Assembly: GCA_951406725.2 (NCBI GenBank)
Contig: OX597834.1
Location: 11,904,001-11,968,000, forward strand
DNA: 64,000 nt
Source: Octopus vulgaris
Lineage: Eukaryota
Direction of reading: 5' to 3'
The notes under the pieces were generated by a model. It was not told the origin of the DNA and searched no databases. It saw only the letters and a list, made by a program, of their open reading frames with translations. Of the stretch, positions 12,167 through 25,456 are shown piece by piece. Made by a program: the position numbers and the translations under genes. Position 1 is the stretch's first letter. Every line of letters starts with the position of its first letter.

Positions 12167-12494
12167 GTCTCTTTTGCCGAACCGCTAAATTACGAGGACG
12201 TAAACATACCAGCATCGGTTGTCAAGGATGTTGGGGGGGACAAACAGAAACACACACACATATATATATATATGTATACATGTATGTATATATATATATA
12301 TATATATGTGTATATATATATATATATATATACGACGGACTTCCCTCAGTTTCTGTCTAGCAATCCACTCACAAGGCTTTGGTCGGCCCGAAGCTATAGC
12401 AGAAGACACTTGCCCAAGGTGCCACGCAGTGAGACTGAACCCGGAACCATGTAGTTGTTAAGCAAGCTACTTACCACACACCCACTCCTACGCC
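12167..12494 (-). mobile_element. SINE family A, 3' truncated, expanded internal (TA)n
   Basis: Reverse-complement match; internal TA tract 12255-12332. Confidence 0.9.
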
Positions 12495-12794
12495 TACGTT
12501 CGTTCATAATTTTACTAGCATGCCCTTTTATTACAGAGAAAATAGAAAAATTACGTTTAGTTTAAAGTACTGGACGTCGAACTTGAGAACATCAAAAATA
12601 CAAATGAAATCTGAGAAAGTTCTAGTATTAAGACTATTGCAGAATAGCTGGCAAATTTAAAACAGAAACGATTTGTTTTATCTCATGAAACTTATGTGTA
12701 AATTTTATGTGAAAAATTTTTGTTTGTTTTTAATAATCTTTTCCAGAGATCAAACCGCGATATATAATGTTCTTTTGATATCACTCACTCACAT

Positions 12795-12838
<44 letters not shown>

Positions 12839-13263
12839 AATAATAAAAGTCAACTAACTATGATTTATTTTCAGAGCAACAAAGAGAATTCTTGTTAGAA
12901 ATATTTTAAAATCGATTGAATATATCTTACAGCAGCATAGGCACTTTATGATCAAACAACATATGCATGAAAAGCTATGTCAACACCTATAGGATATAAA
13001 GTCTAGAGAGGCATAATTCTATATAGACAGGCATTTAGTGCGATTTTCAAACATGAAAGCCAACTACATATTCGTTGTGCACTGGCTGGCAAACTGACAT
13101 ATATTTCGCATGTGTGTGTGAGAGAATATGCACATGTGTTTGGCCATTGTGAAGTTTTTTGATTGAATGTAGCCCATATTAAGTCATATAAGATTTTAAA
13201 TCATATGCAATTAATTCTCACTACTACAACGGTAGGAACAAAAAAAAACACACAACTACATAA

Positions 13264-13527
13264 AATAATAAATAAATAAATGCGCTCTTTCAAAGCCTAG
13301 CCAGGCTCATGGGCCCGGTTTCCCGGTTTCAATGGCGTACGTGTTCACCCCAGTTGGACGGGACGCCAGTCCATCGCAGCGTTACTCATTTTGCCAGCTG
13401 AGTGGACTGGAGCAACGTGGAATGAAATGTTTTGCTCAAGAACACAACGCGTCGCTCGGTCCAGGAATCGAAACCACAATCTTACGATCATGATGCTGAC
13501 ACCATAACCACTAAGCCACGGGCCTCC
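13264..13527 (-). mobile_element. tRNA-derived SINE with V-domain-like core, full length
   Basis: Head ggaggcccgtggcttagtggt...ggtttcgattcc; ctgcgatggactggcgtcccgtcca resembles the V-SINE domain; (TTTA)n tail; 16-bp TSD acacacaactacataa at 13248-13263 and 13528-13543. Confidence 0.88.
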
Positions 13528-14146
13528 ACACACAACTACATAATTATATATTCATTCTACACCTCAATGATATTTGGTGTTTATATGTTTGTACATAATA
13601 ATGGTTGTAGTTATAATTTACCAACTGGTTATTCAGTAGTTCTTTGCATAAATATATATTATCACATTTGTGTGTATTTATTAGTGCCTACTTTTTTTAA
13701 AAGCCTTTGAGAAAATTTCCTCGATGACTTTTCCGCACGATTCTCGATTCACGGCTGACTTTTCGTCTCTTAGGTTTTGTTAGATTTCTGTCACTTTTTC
13801 TATACAAGTCTGTTCTCCCTACACATACGTATTTTTACCTCCAACAAGAGGAGAGCCATATTGTCTGTCGTGTATACTAATAATTTTTATCATGTGGGGT
13901 ACTACGAGTATCTTACCCTCTGCTGGCGTACCTATCAGGCATTTATTATTGGTCTGGCTAATATATTTAGGTGACATTCATATTTGTAGCTTATCGTAAT
14001 GTCGTTCTGATGCCAATTTTCAAATGGCTTTGCATTATATATTGGCTTAATTAAATTATCGTAAGTGCCATGGTGTAGGGAATTAGTAACAATGGTACAT
14101 CTCTCCCATGTGATGTGTGGAATCACCTAGTCACTTAAATAAAGTG

Positions 14147-15560
14147 ATGTACCTGAAGTACCGGATTACGTAGCAGGCGGTCAGAGATAGTCGTGTCTTT
14201 ACTGGTTTTACTAAGAATACTATATACCGAAGTGGGCATTATAACAATCCAACATTTTAAAGATTATAATTGTGGAGACAAAGATAAACCAATTCATGTG
14301 GAGTTAATAGAAACTCGAAGAGGAGTTAACAAACACAAATATTTTTGTTGTGCGAATTTTACGAAACAAAATCGTAAAATTCTGGAAAATATGCTGGCCG
14401 TCCTCGAGTTGCAAAAGACAGCAACAACAGCTACTGAGAGAACACTAGTAGCAGCTACAACTGCAAGAACAACAACTGAAGCAACAACAATACCACCACC
14501 ACCAACAACAACCCACAATGGGGTTCAGAGCCTAGTCTAGATTGCAAATCCTCTGTACCTCAGGATGGTTCAGCTCTCCATCCATTAAAAGCCACTGTTT
14601 ACGGAATGAGGATAACAACGTAGCTTTCGCACCCGTGCAACCGTCAGTCTATTGCGTGTGGTGGGTGGATCTTCAAGTTGCCACACGCATTCTTAGTAGC
14701 TTAGAGTAGGCTCGAATTAGAGATTACTCTTTGTGGCTAATGGCGTGAGTCCTGATTGGAGGAGAAGAAGAAATTGTCCACTTAAAAACTAGTGTGCTTT
14801 CGTTGTGGAAAGATTGGACATAGAAAGTGTGGAACGAAGATGACAAAACGTCAGAACAAAAGAAAAAGAATAAATAGTGTCATCGGAAGAAACTGGTAAT
14901 ATAATAATGAGGAAATCTGTGAATGTGAAAATCAGAAATACAGGTGGTAGTGATATCGCCATTATAAAGGAAAAAGCTTGGAACTATATCGGTAAGCTGA
15001 AATGAACTAAATCGAAAAAGGTAGCACTTGGTGTTACAGGTAAAAGATTATATTCTTTTCTTGTAACATTTCGAGGTCAAACGAAAAAGTCAAAGATATA
15101 CATTTCTTTACTACCCACAAGGGGCTAAACACAGAGGAGACAAACAAGGACATACAAACGGATTAAATCGATTACATCGACCCCAGTGCGTAACTGGTAC
15201 TTAATTTATCGACTCCAAAAGGATGAAAGGCAAAGACACCTCGGCGTAATTTGAACTCAGAACGTGACGGTAGACGAAATACGGCTACGCATTTCGCCCA
15301 GCGTGCTAACGTTTCTGCCACCTCGCCGCCTTTCAAAACTTCATTAGAAGAAACTCAAGAGGGGAGATTTAGTGAATTATTAATAATGGAATACTCCTCC
15401 TACGTGAAAAATGGAATATCCTAGTTACTATAAGTAAAGAGAAGTACATGAAGTAGGTAGTAGGCGGTCCAAGATACTCGTATCTTTACTAGTTTTAGTA
15501 AGAATACTGTATACCAAAGTGGGCGTTATAACAATCGAACATAATATGGATTATAACGAT
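14147..15560. repeat. Diverged ~130-bp direct repeat pair (14147-14290 and 15444-15560)
   Basis: gtctttactggttttactaagaatactatataccgaagtgggcattataacaatc vs atctttactagttttagtaagaatactgtataccaaagtgggcgttataacaatc. Confidence 0.85.
15102..15332 (-). mobile_element. SINE family B, full length
   Basis: Reverse-complement complete copy. Confidence 0.92.
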
Positions 15561-17344
15561 TCGAATGAGATTGCTTTCGGTATAACTATGTGTATTCACG
15601 TACATTATTAAGTACATTTGCATGTTAGCAATAATATTCCAGGAAAATATGTCAGAATACGATGCTGTAAGCCTATCATACAGGGGATGATCAAAGTTCA
15701 AATGTTTCTATCGGGTTTGATATGGGAACGCCTGATAGCAGTCATAAAAAGAGCGAAAACCAACAAAACAACAATAACATCTTCCCTACCAGAACAGACT
15801 GAAACAATTACATTCATCCGACCAAAGGTACTCGCTCTTTGAGGCCATTCCAACAGCGAGAAACAGCGGCCAAATATCGCTAAGATCATACTATGCAAAT
15901 TTACTGCCAGATGTCTGGCTGTCAGAAGGGCTGCTACTCAAATACACCTTCTCCTCGATTTACGACCTATGTGACTTTTGTCGATCCGCACTTACGATCA
16001 CAGAAAGTCGAACGATTTGCAAAAATTAACTGTATGATTCAAGATGCTGTGCGTATTTATCGCAGGATATATGAAGGTAAAAGGAAAAACTTTTAAACAA
16101 ATCCACCATGTTCCTCGTTAAACCATCTGCCTCAACCGAAGAACATGACAATTTATTTTCGTTTGCTCTTTCTTCACGGGAACAATTTTTTTTTCTATTG
16201 CATGTATGCCGAATTTCATTTGTATTTTTACATTAATTTTAGATTGTATTTTTGTTTACAATACAATAAAGCACATTATGTATTTATCAAACTATGTACA
16301 ATAATTATGGATTAAAGTTTTGTGTTTTATATGTTTATAACCCGTTCGAATAAAAATAGCGTTGAAAATTATAAATCAGATAAATGACCAGATCGGCTTA
16401 CGACCTATCAGACGGAATGGAACTCAGTTGTAAGTGGAGGAGGGAGTGTTTATAGGGTATACTCTACTCTAATGTCTTTGATCATAGGTCACCACCAAAA
16501 TAGGTACCTTTAGGATAAACAACAACAGCAACATATACAATCATTACACGTACGAATATGAAGGCACCTTTATCACTGCGGATTCGTAACTTTCGCGGTT
16601 TATGACTAATTCGTGTGTACACAATCCACTGAGTTCCTCACGGACTGCATCGTCTACAGATATATATATATATATACTCTCTTGGGACATTAATTTCTTT
16701 TCTGTTGAAGATAATGGACTACTCACATATTCTATCCATTAGATTTATAGTTCAACACCTCTTTGTATTTCTATGTATTTTCTTTTTTATTATGCGAAAA
16801 CTTTTTGTTGAAAGGGAAGGAAATGGATACATACATACGTACATACATACATACATACATACATACATACATGCAGGCATACATACACGTATACAGGTGT
16901 GTGTATGTGTGTATATCGATCAAAAAGCTTTTTGTCTTCATCGGCTTTTTCATGTGAACATATTTCACCTGTGCTTTTATCTCCGAAAATTTTGGCGCAG
17001 ATTTTCATTTCTACTTTTATCTAAGGATATATATCTCAGTTACAAAGATTATGCTTTCCTTTGAAACTTATTCTAAGATGTGTTGCATTCACTCATTTAC
17101 CTTGGAGCCTTATAGGTGTTTACATATTTTCCATTGTGAATATATATATATATATTTGTATATATGTGTGTGTGTATAATATATACATATATATATGTAT
17201 AGATACATATATATATATATATATACACATACATACATCTCTCTCTCTCTCTCTCTCTCTATACATATATATATATACATACACATTCAAACAAAGTAAT
17301 CTGTATGAAAAACGTGTAGAAGTCAAAACAATATAGAGTAATTT

Positions 17345-17375
<31 letters not shown>

Positions 17376-17548
17376 TTGGATGGATGGATGTATACCGTAC
17401 AAGATGTATAAGATATACTGCGTACACTAAGATGTATTGTCTTGCAAGGTATCTATTAAATATATATACTTATATATTCGCATATACATACATTTGCGTG
17501 TATGAACATAGAAACATACTTAAATTATACAGCTATACACATGCTCGC

Positions 17549-17589
<41 letters not shown>

Positions 17590-18177
17590 CACACTTTTAC
17601 ATATTCACAGACACACATACATATATCTACATGTATATATGAAAGTACATAATTGCATACACACAAAACACACACATACACATTTATTTTGCATATTCAA
17701 CCATAGAAAACATACGCATCGAAGAGATCTACGACATATTGAAATATAGCCAACGTATTCACCACTAGCCATCCGGTGGTAGCTTTGAAACCGACCTATA
17801 TCCTCTGTATTGAAAACGCATTGTTGTTTAATAATCTTGTTGATATATGTTAACAGTTTTGAGTACGCTACTATGAGAATATATGTACGAATTCCTTTGA
17901 CAAACTCTATTCAGTGAAGTTAATCCACAATGTGTATTGCACATGTGTTACACTAAATTTATTTGTACATGTAAATTTATATATACATGTATGTTCACAC
18001 CTCATAATTTCCGACTTTTATAGAGCATGTGCTACTCGTAAAATAGTTTTAACAATCGGATCTTCTAGATTTGAAATGCATGAAGACACTAGGTTATATG
18101 TCCCTGTATTGAATCACTGAGCGGCTTTCTTTGATACTCTCAAGGCTCTCTGAATTCACAACTTATAATAAACACAG

Positions 18178-18222
<45 letters not shown>

Positions 18223-18252
18223 GATATATTATATAAATATATATATATATAT

Positions 18253-18396
18253 TATTTCTTTACAACCCACAAGGGGATAAACACTGAGGGGACAAACAAG
18301 GACAGACAAACGGATTAAGTCGATTACATCGACCCCAGTGCGTAACTGGTACTTAATTTATCGACCCCGAAAGGATGAAAGGCAAAGTCGACCTCA
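18253..18396 (-). mobile_element. SINE family B, 5' truncated
   Basis: Tail and central domain only, inserted next to (TA)n. Confidence 0.88.
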
Positions 18397-18446
18397 GAAA
18401 AAAAATATATATGTATACATGTATATACATATTTACATATGTATAT

Positions 18447-18710
18447 TATATATAAAAATAATATTAGGGAGTATAGCTCCAAACTTACAGGGAAAAATTC
18501 AATTCAGAATTAAATCAAATTTCACAGTATAAATATATAACCTATGAATTAGAGATAAAACCACTATTATGCAACTCAAACAGTGATAAGACATAAACCA
18601 ATACATAAATAACAAATAATATACAATATATTTATATATTGGTTTATGTCTATCACTGTTTGAGTTGCATAATAGTGGTTTTATCTCTAATTCATATTTT
18701 ATAATATTAT
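18447..18710. mobile_element. (TA)n-embedded element with 60-bp inverted repeat
   Basis: Arms 18543-18603 and 18637-18696 are reverse complements with one indel; a related single arm lies at 26938-27000. Confidence 0.75.
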
Positions 18711-19344
18711 ATATATATATATATATAGCGCGAACTGACAAAATTCCTATTTCTATCATCAAATGAGTCTGTAGATTTTTTTTTGAAAGAATATTTCGAA
18801 AGTTTTATTTTTAAATAATGTTTCGTGTACATCCACACTCGCATAATCAGACAGATGCAGTAATATACCGCTATCTATTTAAGTTCCCGCATATTTACTC
18901 GTCTTTCAAAATGTTTATACGTTTGTACGCATGTATGATCGTATATATATATTAAACACATACATTTATACATGCATTTATAGAAAATAAACAAGTTGCT
19001 ACAAGGATTAAGAGAAAAGGAGTGTTGATGAAAGCTGCTAATTTAAATTTCGATATTTTAAGTATAAATGAATTCACCTGCTGAGACATTCTGGCAGACA
19101 CCAGTAATATATATTCAATTAAGAGTAATTCAGAGCAAAGACAGAACGACTGTATCGTTTCGTTTAGGGATTTGTCTGGGAACGTCTACATTGACGTGAT
19201 TAAGAATTATAAGAAATAAAAAGGATAAATAACAGAAAACGAAATTTAAAAAAACACGAGAAATTGAAATAATTTAAATAATGATAGCAACAGCAACATC
19301 CATATTATTGACAAAAAACAAGTATATGAATAACTAAAATAATA

Positions 19345-20040
19345 TTAATGATAATAATAATGATAATAATAATGATAATAATAATAATGATAATACTAAT
19401 GATAATAATAATAATGATAATACTAATGATAATAATAATAATACTAATGATAATAATAATAATACTAATGATAATAATAATAATGATAATACTAATGATA
19501 ATACTAATGATAATACTAATGATAATAATAATAATGATAATACTAATGATAATAATAATAATACTAATTATAATAATACTAATGATAATACTAATGATAA
19601 TAATACTAATGATAATAATACTAATGATAATAATAATAATGATAATAATGATAATAATGATAATAATAATGATAATAATATGTATTATCATTATTAGTAG
19701 TAGTACTGTTATTATTATTGCTATTATTATTACTACTACTACTACTACTACTAATGCTGCAACTACTGCTGCAACTACAACTACTTCTACTACTACTATT
19801 ATCATTAATATCCTTTATTATTATTATTGTTATTCTTCTAATTGTTGTTGTTATTGTTTTGATCATCATCATTATTATGAATATGATTGACAATAAAAAT
19901 GATGATGATGATGATGACGGTGACTACGTTGGTGATGGTGATGACGATGAGAATGAGGATGGTGAGGAGGATGATGATGATGATGAAGTTGTTGATAAAT
20001 ACGATGATGATAAGTATAATAATAAATAAAAATAATAATT
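19345..20040. repeat. Compound trinucleotide repeat (AAT/GAT/ACT, then TAT/TAC/GAT)
   Basis: Higher-order ataatactaatg units; source of the poly-I/M/L/D pseudo-ORFs. Confidence 0.97.
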
Positions 20041-20540
20041 ACATTTGAAAAAATAGTGCGAGTATAAAACTAACAAATAAACAAAAAAAAATACATTTCC
20101 TTATCTACAATTTAGAGAAAATGTCACGTCAATTTCTCTTAATAAACTCAGAATATAATTAGAGATGAATTTTAAAATATATGTAATTAACTTTGTATAT
20201 AGAGAGACATACATTAGTTTGAAATGGAGAATTAATATTAGAAGCCTTAAGTGGATGTTGGTAAAATCGGTTTTAGGACATAGAATATTGTTGTGCTATT
20301 TAATTAATGCATTATTTTTTTGAATATTTTCGTTTCTTCTCTTCATGATGGATTATAATAATGTACCGCTGAAGTACATTAGTTTATCCAAATTGGAGTT
20401 TGATACACACAAACACATACACACACACACATAATATATATATATATATATATATATGTACGTATATATAAATAGATACGCAGAGATATATAGATAAATT
20501 GAACGATAGATGCATGGACGTATATATATATATATATATA

Positions 20541-20742
20541 GTTAATCCAAACATGAAAAGACAACAACGTGAGGACGTGGAACAAATATAGTATTATTGG
20601 ACGTTCAGGAAGGAAGGGAAAAAGGGGAGTATTACGCTTCGAGCGGAGCACCATCGTCAGAAACAGAAAAAGGAAAGATCCAGAGAAGGGAAGACGGAGG
20701 AAAAAAAAATCGCTAACGGTACACACGCGGTCACATTTTGAA
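20541..20742 (-). mobile_element. (TA)n-embedded element with decayed hammerhead motif (20629-20664)
   Basis: 200-bp non-repetitive insert between TA tracts; minus strand tttCTGACGA tggtgctccgctc GAAGcgtaa. Confidence 0.5.
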
Positions 20743-21552
20743 TATATATATATATATATACATATATATCACACTTCAAACACATGTGTGCATAGACACT
20801 CACACAAACACACTCACAACGCACACACACACACACACATGCATACATAGATACGTACGTACATACAAATATACATACATGTATACGTTATATGTATGTC
20901 TAAACGTGTAAATATGTATATTCAGACGTACAGAAAACCATATTTTTTTCCTCTTTGAATGCACTTGAATCGGGAAGACATACCGTATAACCTTTTATGT
21001 GTTTTTCATATATTTCAAAAATTTTGACTACAAATTGGATGAAACGTGATGTTCCTCCCTGGTCTATTCCGTTTGAAACATAACGAATCGTTAAATAAAA
21101 GAAGCAAAAAAAATGTATTGAAAAAATTAGCACAAGAAACATAATAAATATGTTAAAAAGGGAAAATATAACGAAGAAAATAATGGAAACCAAAACATAT
21201 GTACACGTGAAAATTCCTCCTTCAACTACAGAGAATTTGCAATGAAAGTGGTATCTATTTAAAAATGGCCTCTGGAACAAAAACAAACGTGAGGTCACGA
21301 CAGAAGATTGTGACTCGAAACGTGCATAGGATATATGCAGTTATGTCGAAATAAAAGATATTTTTTCTTCTGTCTAAGACAGCTGACAGTGTATATGTCA
21401 GTATGCAAACACAATGAATTCACACACACCGCACACATTCACAAATACACTCGGTCATGTGCAAATACATACATACATATATAAGCATTTTATGTATAAT
21501 TGTGTATATTTTCTGTATGAGTGACTGTATTTTGGCCTTGTGAAAAACATGA

Positions 21553-21597
<45 letters not shown>

Positions 21598-22507
21598 AAT
21601 CAACAGATGACAGAAATTGACTCAAACTGCTAGCATCTCATTTATCAAAGCGGCTCTCACTGTCTGTCGCTCTCTCTTTCTCTGTATTTACACACACACA
21701 CATATATATAAACATTATATGTATGTATGTATATACATATATAAGTGTGTCTGTATAGATATATATATATATACATTTATGTGCATATATGTATGTGATA
21801 TATGTATATATATATATACATATGTGTATATATGAATATATGTGTGTGTTTGTGTGCATATATACAGATAGATAATTATATATACATATCAATTGTGTGT
21901 CGAGGATTTGGATGCAGCATCTGTGTAGCTTTCTCTTGTCGTCATCTTCACAGCCTACTAGGATTTATTGGGTTACATTTCAGATCTAGTAACTTAGACG
22001 CTTCCAGTTTTCTTACATTCGAAAGTGCTTTGACCGTCGTTTAAGTTCTAATATGTTTTGTAAATGCATAATACTTTATTACAAAATGTTCTGTTTTGAA
22101 GCACGACGTAGTGCTTCTTTCTTTATTATTCATACACAAACATTGAATGGGTATTCCCTGCTTTTTAGTGCGATTGACTCGCAGATCTTCCTATATATTT
22201 TTGTACAAACAATAAATTGATGTTTACCTGAAGTTTCGTCGATATACTGCTTTCTCGCAAATGTCTTTCCTTTCTCATTTTTTATACTTCCTGCTGCGAC
22301 TTAAACAAAATGTTTCACAAATTCGAGTTGCATTCTTCTTAGTTAAAGAATTAATCTTTTTCTCTAAAGTTCCTTTGACATGGTCCAAACACAGAATCAT
22401 ATTCGTTTGTAATATTTGAAAATGGCAAATAGCTTTTTGTGGGAAAAATACTTTAGTATCGAATTTAGTGCTCGACTGGTACTTGCTTTTAATCGACCTC
22501 GAAAATT

Positions 22508-22777
22508 GTGCAGGAGTGGCTATGTGGTAAGTAGCTTGCTTACCAGTCACATTGTGAAGGGTTCAGTCCCACTGCTAGGCACCCCGGTCAAATGTATTCT
22601 ATTATAGCCTCGGGCCGACCGAATAATTGTGAGTGGATTTCATAGACGGAAACTGACTGAAAGAAGCCTGTCGTATATGTGCGGGTATGTGTTTGTGAGT
22701 GTGTGTGTTTGTGTGTGTGTATGTGTTTGTGTCTGTGTTTGTGTTTGTACCACACTATCGCTTGGAAACCGATGTTG
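22508..22777 (+). mobile_element. SINE family A, 3' truncated
   Basis: Head, CORE and TG tract. Confidence 0.85.
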
Positions 22778-22809
22778 CGGGTGGGAGACAAACACAGATT
22801 CACACACAC

Positions 22810-22845
<36 letters not shown>

Positions 22846-22970
22846 CCGCTCACAAATCTTTGGTCGGCCCCGAGGTTATAGTAGAAGACACCTGCCCAGT
22901 TTGCCACGCAGTGGGACTTCACGCAGAACCAGGTGGTTGATAAGTAAGCTACTTACCACACAGCCACTTC
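22778..22970 (-). mobile_element. SINE family A, inverted copy directly abutting the previous one
   Basis: Reverse-complement head and CORE; internal (TA)n 22812-22842. Confidence 0.85.
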
Positions 22971-23069
22971 TAATTTGATAACCGGTAACTATATCCTTAT
23001 CACAATAACCGTCATCGTAATCATTATCACCAACGTAGTCCTCATCTCCATCATCGTCCGCACCATCAT

Positions 23070-23400
23070 ATTTTCTCGAATTCGCATGACTGTAGCTCTA
23101 CACCTGTTTGTATATTCGATGAATTGGTGAGTCCTTTCCTAAACATCCATGGTCATCTGTAGAACTTTTTACCGATGCGACTGCAACCTGAGTTTTCCAA
23201 AATGTCTCTTTACTTCTCGGACAGTGTCCAACAAAGCAGATTTTAATTTTTCTAATCAGAAGCTTACTGCAATATTTTCCTTTCGTCTGTATTTGTGCAT
23301 GGGTCGAAATATTTCATGACATATTGAAACTGCCACGCACCATACGAATGAATATAGGTGCATCAATGTACATTTATCATATTCTTCTTTAATGAACTGG
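23070..23400 (-). pseudogene. Decayed RTE-like LINE ORF C-terminal fragment
   Basis: Minus frame IDAPIFIRMVRGSFNMS*NISTHAQIQTKGKYCSKLLIRKIKICFVGHCPRSKE resembles the RTE post-RT motif RMLR...ISW...RLRFAGHCxR; the in-frame stop sits at the expected W. Confidence 0.6.
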
Positions 23401-24349
23401 TGGAAGACACACAAAATGACACCGAGGCAAACAATTAGCTACTATTGACCCCACAATGATAAGAGAAAACTGAATTTTGACAGTATATGAGCTCTAAATA
23501 TAACGCAAAATTAATGAATCCTTCAATCATATACCACCTTTGGTATGATTTGCGTCTGTTTCTCTGCCTTATGTGTCATCCATTCTTCTTTCTTTTGTGA
23601 AATAAATAATACTTGTTTCCCGTTGTCTTTATTATTGGTTGAATGTCATTTCTCCCGCAAAGTTTTGACGTATCATTGAAGACCAAACTTTCAATTATTA
23701 TTATTATTATTATTAATAATAATAATATTATTATTGTTGTTTTATATTCTTGCTGTTGCCATCATAATTATTGACACGAACGACGTGTAATCGCAAAACG
23801 GAAGAGAGGAGTTTGTATATAAATAATGGCGAAAGACCGAGATATATTTTGAAATGCTGACTTCTGTGTTTGCCACTTGCATATTTAATACTGAGCGACG
23901 CTTATACTTGACAGCTAATTAGGCACTCTGGGCATAACAGGAAAAATGTCAAAGTCAGATTTGAACTCATAACAGAAAGGTACACAATTAGGGCATCCAA
24001 GATGTTAACTTACCTACGCTGTTAACTTACCTACCCTTTCTCTCCCTTGGTGTTTTACTTAATGAAGGAATTATAAAACGGGAATTATAAAATGTGGAAC
24101 GCATACAGATGAAGGCACATTTCGTTTCGTATCATTTATACGCCTTTACATTTTTACCTGAGCTTTTCACGTACATTTAGATAACTTGGACTGACGCACG
24201 GTTGCAAAATGGTAATTGTAAATGAAACGAAAAGGAAACCATGTCTACTTTTTAATCGATTTAGGCGTAAGTAACAATTCATTTTTAACGCAAATTGATG
24301 ATAGTTATCACGATAGGGTAAACGCTAATCTTCATAGGACACAGAAAAA

Positions 24350-24393
<44 letters not shown>

Positions 24394-24446
24394 ATAGATA
24401 CACAGGGAGATATATAGATAAATTGAACGATGGATACATGGACATG

Positions 24447-24512
<66 letters not shown>

Positions 24513-24739
24513 TGTATATCACACTTTTATTATTTATAAATGTAAAATGTATATATCCACAGCTTAGTTTACGCTTAAAACAGCGAGAAAATTTTGAAAT
24601 CTCTAGATTTAAGATGAAATGCTAAACATCGCTGTTATATATCCCTTAATCACCATCGTGACTTAGGGCAAAACGAAGCACATAAATCTAAGACGATGTA
24701 GTCCATATTATGAAATGCAATTGTCATGACTTGATCGAA

Positions 24740-24798
24740 TGTCAAGCGATGTTGGGGGAGGGGGGTTGGGAAACACAGACACACAAACATATACACAC

Positions 24799-24842
<44 letters not shown>

Positions 24843-25008
24843 GACGGGCTGCTTACAGTTTCCGTCGTCTACCAAATCCACTCACAAGGATTTGGTCGGC
24901 CCGAGGCTATAGTAGAAGACAGTTGTCCAAGATGCCACGCAGTGGGACTGAACCCAGAACCATTCGGCAGGTAAGCAAGCTACTTACCACACAGCCACTC
25001 CTACACCT
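24740..25008 (-). mobile_element. SINE family A, 3' truncated
   Basis: Reverse-complement head and CORE with expanded (TA)n. Confidence 0.88.
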
Positions 25009-25456
25009 ATATATATATATATCTATCTATCTATCTATAAATCTCTCTCTCTCTCTCTCACAAACACCTGCACATCCACACACAATATATATATATTTTT
25101 GCTTCAGTCATTAGACTGCAACCACGGTTGGACATCGGATTGGAGGGTTTAGTCTTATTAATCGACCCAAGTACTCACTGCTTCTGAAGTCTTGTAGATA
25201 TGATTTCCGTCACTTTTTATCGAGAGGTTAAACAAACCAGCTAAACAGTTGCTAAACAGTTGAGGAGGAACAAACAGGTAATCAGAATAACGAAAGACAT
25301 CTGTACAAAACAGATGTTGCTCATAGAATTTACATGGACCCGCCATGTCAAGTACATCGCAACGAAACTCTGCACTCGAACCATTGTATTTATGAGAAAA
25401 CAGGACATTTACCACACGGCAAAGCAAACTTGGCAGTGAAGAAGTTTTATAGAATA

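Noticed and set aside
19305-20029. Poly-I/L/D-rich ORFs resembling membrane or acidic proteins (also 38712, 40257, 46252)
   Set aside because: Pure trinucleotide repeats open on both strands, with no splice or domain evidence.
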